Assembly: GCA_951406725.2 (NCBI GenBank)
Contig: OX597814.1
Span: forward strand, 94,984,001 to 95,048,000
Length of the DNA: 64,000 bases
Source: Octopus vulgaris
Taxonomy: Eukaryota
Reading direction: 5' to 3'
Both the position numbers and the translations under genes were made by a program. The notes beneath the pieces were generated by a model that ran no database searches, was not told where the DNA came from, and saw only the letters and a list, made by a program, of their open reading frames with translations. Shown here in pieces: positions 29,316 to 43,398 of the stretch. Within the stretch, counting starts at the first letter, position 1; each line of letters starts with the position of its first letter.

Positions 29316-30509
29316 TAATCACTTTGTAATCACTGATACCCATTTCCAGTGATAACTGGAGGTTTGACCTTGCAACAACGTGAAATGAAACGCTTTGCCG
29401 AAGAACACAACTCTACATTTGACTTTTGAGTGGAATCCCACCAAATAAATTATTGTATTCCTAACACATGACAGGAAATACAGTAATTTTATCTAGCTCA
29501 CTCAGCAAGGTGTTAACAGGTACCAAGCGAAAGCACGCCCTTGAACAAAGAGGGTGTGTTGTATAATTGGCATCATATTTGCAGTACTGGTTTGTTGTTT
29601 TTTGTTTGGGTTTGTTTTTCAATTCATCCCCTTGGCTTGGAGTAGGTTATGGAAAAACCGTTCCAGTGTATTTAAATGTATTCTCTATGAAGTGAATACA
29701 ATGAAATTGGTACCAGGATCATCAAGAAGTAGTAAAAACAAAAGCTAAAACATATAAAATAGCCAATTAGCAAATTGCGTTCATTAATCCTAATAGCAGT
29801 GTAATAACACGCATTAGTCGTTTGCGCGTTCATCTTATCTTACATTCGTAAAATTAATGATTGCAAAGGGGAAAAAATCAAATAAAGAGGAAGAGGAGGA
29901 GGAAGAAGAGTAAGAGGAGGAGGACTTAACAGCTTCTACTTAATGTCACTTAAACACCATTCCAATACAGAACGGGAATAATTAACAGACACTTTTTTGT
30001 GATTATGATGATGATGGTGATGATGACGACGACGACGACAGCGGCGATGATGATGATGTTGATGATGATGACGATGATGATGATGACGATGTTGATGAGA
30101 TTGACGATAAGGATGGTGATGACAATGATGATTATATCATTATTATCAATATACTGGTAGTCATTTTCAAGAAACAGTAACATCATCTTTGTTGGCAACA
30201 GGGTTATCATCATAATCATCATCATCATAACCTTCATTATAACCATTATAATCAACATAACCTCCATTATCATGATCATCAGCATCTTTATCTTCAGGAA
30301 TCTCAATCATCGTCGTCATCGTTGTCGTCGTCAAAACCCTGAACCGTTGTCTCCCCCACCTCTACCTCCTCCGCTTCCTTTCCCTACTCCCTGTCATATT
30401 CATCATTTTTACTGTTGTTGCCATCGTCTCGGTGATCGTATTGGTCACGATGACAATGTATGCACGGCAATGAAAACGTTGATCGTTATCATCGTAATAA
30501 TGACCACAA

Positions 30510-30549
30510 CGATGATGATGATGGTGATGATGATGATGATGATGATGAA

Positions 30550-30590
<41 letters not shown>

Positions 30591-30857
30591 CGATGATGAT
30601 GGCGATGATGATGATGATGATGATGATGATGACGATGACGATGATGACAATGATGTTGTTGATGATGATGATGATGATGTTGATGTTGATAGCGATGACG
30701 ATGACGATGACGATGATGACGATGACGATGATATTGATGATGATGATGATGATGATGATAATGATGATGATGATGATGATGACGATGACGATGACGATGA
30801 TGATGACGATGATGATGACGATGATGATAATGATGTGATGATGATGATGATGATGAC

Positions 30858-30888
<31 letters not shown>

Positions 30889-30889
30889 T

Positions 30890-30925
<36 letters not shown>

Positions 30926-31091
30926 CGCTGATGATGATGATGACGATGACGATGACGATAATGATGATGTTGATGATGATGATGATGATGATGATGATGA
31001 CGATGATGATGATGACGATGACGATGACGATGATGACGATGATGTTGATGATGATGATGATGATGATGATAATGATGATGATGATGATGAT

Positions 31092-31126
<35 letters not shown>

Positions 31127-31138
31127 TGATGACGATGA

Positions 31139-31174
<36 letters not shown>

Positions 31175-31204
31175 CGATGATGATGATGACGATGATGATG
31201 ATGT

Positions 31205-31251
<47 letters not shown>

Positions 31252-31271
31252 ATGATGATGATGATGATGAT
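30510..31271. repeat. Long imperfect (GAT)n/(GAC) trinucleotide tract
   Basis: Directly visible; source of the poly-D/M/I/S ORFs. Confidence 0.97.
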
Positions 31272-31814
31272 CAATATAATAATAGAGATAATAATTATCA
31301 CGATATGGAGAATTATGGGGTAGAAGTCAGAGAAGTTATGTTTAAACGTTTAATTTGTATAAATTTCTGATTTAATGGCTCTTTAAGTTTAGAGAAAATT
31401 TGGTGCTAATCACAAGATTCTTGGCGAAATTCTTGTTCAATTTGTCATCGTTCAACAATTTCTGAAGCCGTTTGTTTTATCTGAATCTGAGAGAAGGAAA
31501 ACACAGCTTCCTCCTTTTGCTTTTTTGTTTTTGTTTTTGTTTTTTTTTTACATTTAATTTCATACAAGAAATCAAGTTAGGATTCAGAAATAAACATACA
31601 TACATGCATACATACATACATACATACATACATACATGCATACACACTCAGAGATATATTCATGTATACATACATACATACACACACACACATACACATA
31701 CAAGCATACATATATATATATATACATATGTACATACATACATACATACACACACAAAGATTGACTATGAAGGGAATCCAAGTAAGTCTGCTGTATAAAA
31801 AATATATATATATG

Positions 31815-31898
<84 letters not shown>

Positions 31899-31957
31899 TG
31901 TGTGTGCGTATTTATATATATCATATATTATATATATATTATATATATACTTAATTG

Positions 31958-32023
<66 letters not shown>

Positions 32024-32405
32024 ACGAAAAATCAAAAGACGAAGTCAGGTGGTATAGAAAACAAATAGATGTATTAGTATAAGGCTCGGAAGTGAAAAAG
32101 TCTTTCTCGTTTCGAGCCTACACTCTTCCACAGAAAGGAACACAAAGAAACAAGGAGAGAAAATAAAGAATGTGTAGTGGCTAGCGATCTATCATGGCGA
32201 ATGTCGGAGAGAAGGGTCACACAGGAGAGCTAGGGAGAAGGGGAGATAATAAAGTAGTGGTGATCCCAAAACGAAGGTGCGCGTGCGTGTGTACAAGAGA
32301 GTTTGTATATGCGTGTGGAAGAGAGCTGGTGATCTTGACGTGTGCGTGTGTGTATGTGTAGGTGTGAAAATGTGGGTCTGGGTAATAGTCAATGCTGATG
32401 TGTGC

Positions 32406-32437
<32 letters not shown>

Positions 32438-32495
32438 TTGATTGTTTATCATTTGAAAATTTGACCCTTCCTTCTCTTTTTATATGTATGCATAC

Positions 32496-32532
<37 letters not shown>

Positions 32533-32608
32533 TATACATACTTGATTGTTTATCGTTTGAAAATTTGACCCTTCCTTCTCTTTTTACATGTATACATACA
32601 TACATACA

Positions 32609-32658
<50 letters not shown>

Positions 32659-33206
32659 ACACTATAACCCAAGGTTTTATCTGTTTATTTGAATACATTC
32701 ATACATACATATATACATACATACATACATACATACATACATACATACATACATACATACATACATACATACATACATACATGCATACATACATATGATA
32801 TAGCAGTCAGAGTTTTTTTTTTTACAAGACAATGTGCCACAATATATTTGCATTACGAAGAGTAACACCGACATTCGGGATATTTCACTAGATTGGAGTT
32901 TGTATTTGAGATTTGATAATGGTCAACTTCAAACTTAATCATGTTTTAGACAAGAAATGTTTAAAGTTGAAATGTAAACGCAGGAGACTGAATAGAATAC
33001 AACAGTATTGTAAAAATAGTTGCTTCAAGAAAATTAGTATTTTAAATGTTCGAAAGTTCAGAATCATTTCACGAAGTGTAGCATAAAACTGGCGTCGAAA
33101 ATCAAGCAATGGTTAAATGCTTTTCGTTTGTACAATGTTCTTGAAGACTACACGATCCTCTAAATCTCTCTATAGTATTTATAATTATCAACAAAATTAG
33201 TGTATA

Positions 33207-33558
33207 CTAGCAGTATCGCCCGGCGTTGCTCGGATTTGTTTTGACCCTTTAGAATTGGAATTTTTGAAAAGTAAAATATTTGCATAAGTAGCTTGTTATT
33301 CTCTTTAAGTGAACATTTTTCTGGTTGAAATACATCGAAAAGTGGCGACACAGCAGTCAAAAAATCGTAAGAAATAGGGATTTTCATAGAAAAAACGCAC
33401 CTTTTTGATGTAAATAATTTTTGGTGTTAACATGGTCCGATTTGAATTTTTTTTCTTGTACGGAAGGAAGAGCAAGCCCTCTTCTATTATACTTTCAATT
33501 TTGGTCAACTTGCGCCGCGGGGTCTCGGATGACAACTTCAGCTTTATATAGAGAGAGA
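33207..33558 (-). mobile_element. Short non-autonomous Helitron
   Basis: Minus strand starts A|TCTCTCTCTATATAAAGCTGAAG and ends with hairpin CCGAGCAACGCCGG followed by CTAG|T. These are TC/CTAG termini in an AT target with no TSD. Confidence 0.85.
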
Positions 33559-34021
33559 TTAAGCGTCAAGTCTGTGACATCTATACGACACAGACTTATG
33601 GACATGATATTCCCCCGATGTATCACTGATTTTCAAGTCGATCGCCTGTTAAAATCAGTGCTAGATATATGCGATACGTTATATGAATTTATTCGTATAT
33701 TTAAATGTTTCTCACATTTTATTGCTACATTTACGGAAATATTTCTTATTTATTTACACAATTTTAATATGTTTTTATTCAATTCTTAATAGAAAAGAAC
33801 ATAAGAATAAGATGGTCATAAAAGAATAATATAGTTTTCTTAATTGTATCTTCTTAAAACAAAACTGTCTAAAACTAAGTAAACACATTCGAAAAATCGA
33901 TATCGTTATTCCTGATTCAAGAATCATTTGACTATCTATCCTGATCGATGAGCAAATACATAACCACACGCACACAGACACACACACACATATACAAACA
34001 CAAACACACACACACACACAA

Positions 34022-34064
<43 letters not shown>

Positions 34065-34462
34065 CTATAAGAGAAACAAATTGAAAAAAAAACGTATAGA
34101 GTCTATAATATGTGATATTTTACTGATGCAATTTTATAATTAAATGTGGTAACTATCCAACTATGCAAGAACACTAGCAAGACATTACTGTCCACGGTCA
34201 TAACGGTTTGTAAACATAAATGGGAAGAAAGTTCCATTTGCCAGCGCCCTCTGTCCTCTTGAGGTTAAGCAAGAGGATTTAATAGCTTAGCAGTCTCGCA
34301 AACACTATTGCTGCTGAGGAAACGAACAAGATATAAAAGCAATTAAAGATAACTGGTGTTTATTCGGCTTAAGTATTTCGTGATGGTAAATTTTCTTTAT
34401 TTCACTCTCTTCCCCCTCAATCCCTCTCTCTCTCCCTCTTTCTCTCCCTCTTTCTCTCTTTC

Positions 34463-34541
<79 letters not shown>

Positions 34542-34543
34542 CG

Positions 34544-34578
<35 letters not shown>

Positions 34579-34714
34579 CTATGAGCGTGTGTGTGTATGT
34601 ATGTATATATATATATATACGTATATGTGTGTATACAGGTACATATATGTATGTGCATATATACATATATATGTGTGTGAGTGCGTGTGTGTGTCTGTGT
34701 CTGTGTGTATTTAC

Positions 34715-34808
<94 letters not shown>

Positions 34809-35481
34809 CCGTAAGTGAATAGTGTATTCTCGTTTAACTTTCCCACCGGGGAAATAACTAAGATAAGTACTGGAAGCTGTTCTAATTGCTTTTTCTATCG
34901 CAGATTGAAGACAGAGAAATGAAAAATACGTCGAAACGTAACTGTGTTCCTTTTAGCTATGTAGCTAAACTACCTAACAAGATAGTTCAATTCAACAATG
35001 CTGTGTCATTATTATCACACTGCGTGAAGCATGCCAGAAACAAGGTGCTTGTCATACCAATTTTTCCACATATACGAAATAATATATTTAAATGACAGCC
35101 AATATATTGGTCATTTCTTGTTCACTTTGACACGACACTCGAATTTCCGAAGAACTCTATCGAAACTACAGTCCACCAGTCCCTCGACAGACATCGTGAA
35201 GACAGATGAAAGTCAAGATGTTAAACACACAGACACACACATAAGTTTCGAAACGATCGTTGTGCTAAGTAAAGCTTCTAGTTACACTCTGTCTTCGGTA
35301 TCAATCATTTAAAACATAGACAACAAGCACCTAGGAATTCCTCACGTAGATCCAGCGACGCAAGCGCAATAACACGGATGACGCCTGGCGGCCATAAGTG
35401 GTGAACTTGCTCTGCAGGCACACTACCCGGAACTTGCCGGAAACATATATTTATAAATGTTTCAGCCACTCTATTGCAAAC

Positions 35482-35547
<66 letters not shown>

Positions 35548-35569
35548 CATCATTATTATTATTATTATT

Positions 35570-36036
35570 GAGTGAGAGAGCAGCGCATGCCATCAAAGTG
35601 GACACAGGGGTAAAATATACGAAGCCCAATATAGCCATCATGACTACCCGTCTGATAAGTGTACACTAGGCACATGCATCACAACCATATGTGCGCGACA
35701 TGATTATCTCATATCAAGATAAACAGCACATGACCTTGCAGGTGGGGCCCAGTTAGAATTTTCTTCTGGTCGAGTAACCCATCCCGCTCAAAAGGTCCTT
35801 GAATAAGGATTGTTTAAGGATGTTGAACGAACCACCCATTCTTCCAGAGGGGAATTATTCAAACCCCAAAGAATCCCTCTCAATACATGGCTATGATGCT
35901 CTCCCACTACTTCTGCTCGTGATCAGAGATGCACATATCGTTAGCCACTAACTGGTTAAGGTCAAACAACTGACAAGCAAATCTGTGGTATTGAGCAGAA
36001 TGTTCGCTGTAGCCCATCTTATACCAAGACAAAACA
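35570..36036 (+). mobile_element. Diverged copy of the (AAT)n-associated retroposon
   Basis: GAGTGAGAGAGCAGCGCATGCCATCAAAGTG.. is the reverse complement of the 27621/28481 copies; (ATT)n on both sides. Confidence 0.8.
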
Positions 36037-36114
36037 TTATTATTATCATTATTATTATTGTTGTTGTTGTTGTTGTTGTTTTTGCTTTTGTTGTTGTTAT
36101 AATTATTATTATTA

Positions 36115-36482
36115 TTTCATTGTCTTTGCACAGCTTCTAACGCTGGAGATGTACTACGGTATCAGCTGGTCACTACCAGGGAACTACGGTAACACCCCTT
36201 ATTTTTCGAGCAACATCCGGAGTATTCGAGCGGTTCCAAGCAATGCTGTTTTCTGCAAGTGCTCCACTCTTATTTCAGCCCCGATTTGTTCCATGTACTT
36301 CTCAAGATTTTTACTCACTGTTCCCAGGGCTCGGACAATTATTGGTACTACCACCACCTTTTCAGCGACCGCAACTGCTTAACCTCCCATGCTAACCTGT
36401 CATATCTATCGACTTTTCTGTCTTCCTTCTCGCATACTTTGTTGTCAGCAGGGCATGCTATATCTATGATCCTGCATCGTTT
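36115..36482 (-). mobile_element. 3' fragment of an R4/Dong-like non-LTR retrotransposon (restriction-like endonuclease C-terminus)
   Basis: Minus-strand translation CRIIDIACPADNKVCEKEDRKVDRYDRLAWEVKQL../..KVVVVPIIVRALGTV..LQKTALLGTARILRMLLEK* (stop 36199-36201, one frameshift near 36360), then a short 3' UTR and (AAT)n. Confidence 0.85.
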
Positions 36483-36496
36483 TCCTAAATATATCC

Positions 36497-36543
36497 ATTT
36501 CCTTTTTGCGTAATTTAGACGACTGTTTATTCACCGCACCCTG
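36497..36543 (+). mobile_element. Isolated right terminus of the mariner-like family seen at 46679-47545
   Basis: ..GTAATTTAGACGACTGTTTATTCACCGCACCCTG|TA matches 47512-47545. Confidence 0.7.
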
Positions 36544-36622
36544 TATGTATGTATGTATGTATGTATGTATGTATGTATGTATGTATGTATGTATGTATGG
36601 ATGGATGGATGGATAGATAGAC

Positions 36623-36769
<147 letters not shown>

Positions 36770-36852
36770 CAGACAGACATACATACATACATACATACAT
36801 ACATACAGATGGAAATAGTATATTCTCCAACGGCTACTGTGAATCAGCCACC

Positions 36853-38552
36853 GTGCACAACAAAGCCAATGACCTGACAGTAATTGGGCTCTATAGGCCG
36901 CCCCAAACACCCATACTGTGCTTTAAAGAATGCCTCAACAGCATTAAGTGCTTTATTCAACAGTGCCATTCTAGCAACATACTCATGATGGGAGACTTCA
37001 ATCTACCCTGTGTTGACTGGACTACAAACTGTTTGAAACCAAGCACTCCCGCCTCAACCGCTGACAAAGAAGCAGCAGAGTCACTTTTTGACTTTACGAA
37101 TGAGTTTTTCTTGTCCCAACTTGTCCTTGCACCAACAAGACATCAGAACATTTTGGACCTAGTGTTTAGTAACCACACTAACACTATACATAACGTTACA
37201 GTGGAAAAAACCCTTCTTTCAGACCATGACATGGTTCTCTGTAACATGAAATTCCACCAGCCGAAAGCTAATCCTAGTGACCTTCCTCCAGCCCACCCAT
37301 TTGACAACATGGATCTCCATAATGCCAACTGGGATGCAATCAGGAACGAGCTATCACATGTTGACTGGTCCTTTACACATACACACATCTCCACCAACCA
37401 TAAAACATCTTGGCAGATCTTTGTAGACACCGTCACAGACATATGTGCAAAACACTCCCCACCAAGACCTGTGAACAAAAAGTGCAGAATCCCCCAAAAC
37501 AGAAAAACCATTATCAGAAAAATAAAAAGAACAAACAAAAAAATTAACAAACTAAAGTACTGCCAACAGCAACACACACATTCGATGGCTATCGCACTGC
37601 TTGAATCCAAAAAATATAACCTCCAACAATGCATGAAGACCCTCATCAATAACCAAAGATCAGCTGAGGAGAAGTGGGCCATTGAAAAAATCAAACTCAA
37701 CCCCAAAGTGTTCTTTTCATTTGCGAGGAAACGCAGGGTCACTGTCTCCACTGTAGGCCCTCTAATTGACGAAACTGGCACTCTCCAAGATAATGCCAAA
37801 TCCATGGCCGAGATACTGCAGAGACAATACTGCTCTGTTTTCAGCAATCCTGATATGGCCGATCTGGGCTGTATCAGTGATGTCAACCCCCAACACACTA
37901 TATCGGACATAACGTTTAGTGCCCCTGATGTCTTAGCGGCGATAAACGAAATAAAACACAATTCAGCAGTAGGCCCCGATAGGTTCCCTGCTTGTGTCCT
38001 GAAGGTGTGTCGACACCAACTTGCATCTCCCCTTGCTAATCTGTGGAGAAACTCACTGGATGCTGGCTATATTCCAAAAAACCTTCTGTCCCAGTCTGTT
38101 GTCCCAGTTTTCAAAAAGGGAAACAAGTCCCTTGCAGTGAATTACCGTCCGATCTCACTCACCTCTCATATCATCAAGGTATTTGAGAGGGTGGTGAGAT
38201 CTCGAATAACCCAATTTCTGGAAAGCAACAGACGGCTGATCTCCAACCAACATGGGTTCCGTAATGGAAGGGACTGCCTAACGCAGCTCCTGCATCACTT
38301 TGAGGACATTTTGAGAGCTTTGGGAGAGGGCTCCAACACCGATGTCATCTACCTTGATTTCAGTAAGGCCTTCGACAGGGTCGATCACAAGATCCTATTG
38401 AAAAAACTATCCAACATTGGTGTCTCTGGAAAGTTACTGAAATGGATCAAGTGTTTCCTGACAGACAGATCTCAACATGTTGTAGTTGAAGGGGTAAAAT
38501 CAAGCCCAGTCAAAGTCAGTAGTGGCGTTCCGCAAGGCACTGTGCTGGGCCC
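36853..38552 (+). CDS. LINE ORF2 N-terminal part (partial AP endonuclease and RT domains)
   Basis: Motifs LYRPP, MGDFNLP, PTRHQNILDLVF, SDH, NYRPISLTS, QHGFR, YLDFSKAFDRVDH, SGVPQGTVLGP. The frame is open upstream to the microsatellite, so there is no true start codon. Confidence 0.93.
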
Positions 38553-39505
38553 CACTTCTTTTCATCATTTACATTAATGACATTAATGACATCATCAAGC
38601 ACAGCAACATAAAAATCTTTGCAGATGACTCCAAGCTACAGAAGGTCATAAATGAGGCGAGTGACCGGACATGCCTTCAGTCAGATCTACTGGCTGTTAT
38701 CCAATGGGCAGAAAAAAACAATATGCTGCTGAACGAGGATAAATTTGAGCTAATCCACTTTGGAAAAGAGGATGCCCTGAAACTCCCATACTCCCTTCCT
38801 TCAGGTGAAACTCTCGCGGCGTCCAACAACATCAGAGACCTGGGAGTAATTGTGGACAACAACATAAGCTGGGCCACTCATATAAACACCAAAGTTGACA
38901 TGGCCCGCAGAATGTGTTCCTGGATTCTCAGAACTTTCCAGTCGAGAGATATCCACACCATTATCCTTCTCTTCTCCACTTTTGCCCGACCCCACCTTGA
39001 ATACTGTTGTCCACTGTGGTCTCCCCACACAATACAAGGTATCATAAAAGTTGAAGCACCTCAAAGGGCAATCACAAAAAAGATAGATGGCATGACAGGC
39101 CTCGACTATTGGGGTCGACTAGAAAAGCTAAAACTCTATTCTCTCCAACGTCGTCGTGAGCGCTACATCATCTGCATGATGTGGAAAATATTCCATCAGC
39201 ATTGCCCAAATGATGTTGGCATCACCTTTAAGGTACATCCAAGGCTTGGGCCCCGTGCCATCCGCCCAAAACAAAAATCGCACTCTCATCTCATAACAAC
39301 AACACGGCACAATTATTTCACCTCAATTGGCCCCGCTCTCTTTAACATTACACCAAAACACATTAAAACAGAAACTGACCCTATAGGGTTCAAGAAGTCT
39401 TTGGACAGATTCCTTCAAGAAATCCCGGATAAACCCCCTACACCCGGATATGTCTCTGTAAACAATAACTCTCTACTTGAGTGGGCCATAGTGCCCAAAT
39501 TCTGA
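38553..39505 (+). CDS. LINE ORF2 C-terminal part after a +1 frameshift
   Basis: LLFIIYINDI, FADDSKL catalytic motif, RDLGV, RPHLEYC..WSPH, SLQRRRER. Frameshift in the CCCC run at 38550-38553. Confidence 0.93.
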
Positions 39506-39594
39506 CTTGAAAGACTTCACCAGGTGGTGCTATTAAGTTAGACATGGCCTGGGCCAATAATGGCCGAAACCTATCAAAGTATCAAAGTATCAAA

Positions 39595-39639
<45 letters not shown>

Positions 39640-39718
39640 GTAATTTAGATTCAGTGGAATTAAGTACTTAAATTGAGGCACCTTGTTAGGAATTGACACT
39701 TATACATCTTTGTTATTC

Positions 39719-39768
<50 letters not shown>

Positions 39769-40390
39769 ATATATATATAATTGGGGGTGTATAGTATAGT
39801 GGTTATGGTGTTGGATTTTTATCAATAAAGAAATAGGTGTTGGATTTTTATTATTATTTCTGCTTTGGTAAGGTGCGTTACCTATCGCTCGTTTCATTTT
39901 TAAAAATTACTAAATTGAATAGATTTTAGGCGTGACTTTCTCTCTTTCTTGTTTTTGTTGGGGGCGGCATCTACTCCCCTTTTTTTTTTGTCGTTAGACA
40001 TTTCAAATATGGCGACTAAGACAGTACGCGATTTAAAAATTACATAAAGAAAAATTGAAACAAACGTCATGCGAACGCAATAACAGATATTTGCACTTCA
40101 AAATTTATACAGGAAGATACAATTTTCACTGGAAAATACATCTTGCGCTATGACATACACAGTTCGCCCAGAAAGCTAAAGGAGAAAATAACACCAACAA
40201 AAATTCCTCTTTTATTTTTGTTCCCAATAACAAGGAGATTTGCTAATGAATGAACTAGCAAAGGAAAGGGTGGCGTAGTGCAAATATGTGTCTCAATCAA
40301 ATACTTTCTGTGCCAGAGGTTCTTATCCCGGGATGGCGAAGGATGAGAGTAACCTACCTTTACTTCGCCAATCGAGGTTTTTTTCAGTTA

Positions 40391-40653
40391 CCGTGAAAAG
40401 AAATATTGAAAAAACCCTGGTTGTTATATGGAAAGACAGTTTCCATCGAGCACACCAAAATAAAGAGAAATATTAGCCTTTTCTTCAAGACCAAGGATGA
40501 TATGAACGAAGCGGTGATAATACTAAGTTTACCTCCCATTTGTCTCATAACATAATACATTGACTGGGACAACACAAACATATCAGAGACATTAGCAATG
40601 GCACTGATACCTGACTCGTTGTTGACTTTGTAGCGTAACACTTGTGGTGACAT
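40391..40653 (-). CDS. Candidate first coding exon of an unidentified secreted/membrane protein gene
   Basis: Non-repetitive ATG-initiated frame with basic-then-hydrophobic KKRLIFLFILVCS. It ends at a donor-like CACG|GTAACT just before the stop. No homology recognised and no downstream exon found. Confidence 0.3.
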
Positions 40654-42309
40654 TGCTCACTGGCTCTTATCAGCTTTGCCGTGGAAAATGGGCAGGCTGA
40701 GAATGCAGAGATCACGAGAAATAACGCGGTCAGGAAAAGTCAATATAGACTTACAAGTCCTTTTGACTTCCGAATAGCCACAGAAACAGTTGGTACAAGG
40801 CAAGCGTGCCCAACTGTTATACATTGATAGTAATAACTACTTGAGGACTTTCTACTCTGACAAGCTAGAAAGATAGAAAGAAAATTTTAAGATAGAAAGA
40901 CAGAAAGAAAATTTTAGGATGGCAGCTTCTGTGTAAATTGTGACAACTGTCGATGTCTCAAGACGATTCGTTCTCGATCCCTCAGGCGAACGATGTCTAA
41001 GCTCCTTCTACCAACCATACCCGCTTCATTCACTTGTGGGGATAGGGAACGCTTGAAGGCTGGTTAGAAGCGTCATTGAAAGGCATACCATTTATTACGA
41101 CGTTGAAGGTTTTATTTATGCGTTGTTCATGAATAGAGGGTGGTAGACAACAAAAGTGCTTTCTTGTTTTGAGCAATCATTTTGACTTTGCGCAACTAAA
41201 GGAGACACGATTTACCTGACTCTGCTGGGGGTGTTTTTGAGGTTTATGCCCATGGTTGTAGTGTAGGTTTTTACGTGAGGTATCTCAGTTTCATTATTGC
41301 ATTGAACTAATACTTTATTACACAACAATACACCGCATTGCATTGTACTATCTCGTAGTTACTTTCGTAAACATTTCGTCGATGGACTGTGCACAAAAAC
41401 ATTAACAGCCGCGATCATAACTACAACCAGAACATTAATAACATCGCTATCATCAGCAGCCTCTATATATTGCAACCGTTGACAAACTTCATTCTTTCCC
41501 TCTTGAATTTCAGTAAATAATAGTTGGGTATCGATTTTGATAAAGGAAGATGAATTCTAGATCATTTCGAGTTATAGTTGTTATGATTTCTGAATAATTG
41601 AATTAGCAATAATGATCTAGAGACAATTCTTTCCTGGAACAGCGAAAGAACGGCGGTGTTTCTTTGATGATTTGTCTTTGAATTGAGTTCTCTGGGAATC
41701 GCAGCGGAAATTACATTTTAGTGTGAACAGTTATATGTTAAGACAACGAGCATTAATGGCTTGCTTAGGCAGACACAAAGTAACTACGTAGGTGTGCATA
41801 TATGTGTAAACACGTGTATGTATATGTATGCGTGAGTGTATCTATACGTATACATATGAGTGTTTGTGCACATATAGCTACGTATGTGAGTGTATAAATG
41901 TATATGTATATATACATCGTGCTCTTGGAATTTATTTAGATGTTTTGCTTTCAACAAAATCGTCATCGTCATCAATATCACTATTATTGTCATTATCATC
42001 ATTGTCGTCGTCATCATCATCATCATCATCAACAACATTATTCATGGTGTGAAAATACATCGGGAGTTTCATTTCTTGAAACAGGCATAGAAAATCTCGA
42101 GGTCAATAAGGACTTTCATAAATAACAAAAATTATTCAAGATTAATAAGAATATTCAATGAAAAACATACTTAGAAAATATTTAGAACTCACATGGTTGT
42201 CCAACGTTGTCGAAAATGTTTTGGATTTAGAAATATATCTCACGTTTAAAAACTGTTCAAAATTAACAACTTCTGAGTAAGAATGTTTCTCTCTCTCTCT
42301 TTCTTTCTT

Positions 42310-42340
<31 letters not shown>

Positions 42341-42675
42341 ATGCTTAGAGATATCAGTAAAGCTGTTTTTTAATAAGTTCCTTTGCATGTGCATCTTTAC
42401 GGGTAATCTGTCAACGTCGTTGCAGAAACGGATGTGTATCACTCAAGTTGTACCTCTTAAAAACGTGATGATATATTTTAGCTGTTGTTGTGGTAACGAT
42501 AGTATTGCTAATGTGGTGGTGGCGACGCAGTTATCTACCCATATCCCCAATACACGGTTTCTGATCTTGTTGATTATGTTGCAGTATGTTTTTAAACATA
42601 GAAAGTGCAAAACTTGGGAAATCCTTGAAATGGTATAAACACCTGTTTATCATGCCACCTTGCCCGTTGTTGTTT

Positions 42676-42753
<78 letters not shown>

Positions 42754-43351
42754 ATAGTAGTAGAAGCAGCATTTGTTGTTGTTTTTGCTGCTGTTGCTAG
42801 TTAAATCTTTAATTAAATCGGTATAAATTCTTAATAAACTGCGGAATTGTCCAACTCTATCCCCTGAAGTTCTGAATCATATGCTCGGATTTTTTACCTG
42901 CACAGTCAAGCCTACGTTAATACTCTTTTTGTGTTAGCTTACTTCCCTCACTTAGGTGATGGCTTAAACTTTCGTCCACTTTTCCATTTATTCTGTATTT
43001 GCTCTCTGACCGCGTGCCCTCTTCATCAAATTCACACTAATGGTTAGTTCCTGAGGGTGAAACAGAAAGGGAGGAACATTCGAGCAGAAAAAGGATAGGG
43101 AGACCGAGTAGTGGATTGGACAACAACAGTTCTAAGGACAGAGAAAAAGAGAGGGAGAAAGAAATGTTGTCACAACATTTCTGATTTCGATTTTGTACCT
43201 CTCTTCCATCTTTTACGTTATTATTATAAGCCAATGCAGCATTTTTCACGAGTTCTAATTATTTATGCCTCTACAACATCCTTTCTCTCTCTTTTCACTT
43301 CCCTGTTCTATACACACACACACACACACGTATACACACGCGCGCGTATAC

Positions 43352-43394
<43 letters not shown>

Positions 43395-43398
<4 letters not shown>

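Larger units (their letters stand above)
36807..39597 (+). mobile_element. 5'-truncated CR1/L2-group LINE
   Basis: APE endonuclease plus RT ORF2, short 3' UTR with a GGCC..GGCC stem-loop and a (TATCAAAG)x3 tail. Sits between (TACA)n and (TA)n. Confidence 0.95.

Noticed and set aside
37143-39310. Minus-strand ORFs within the LINE, including 272 aa at 37143-37961
   Set aside because: Antisense shadows of ORF2.
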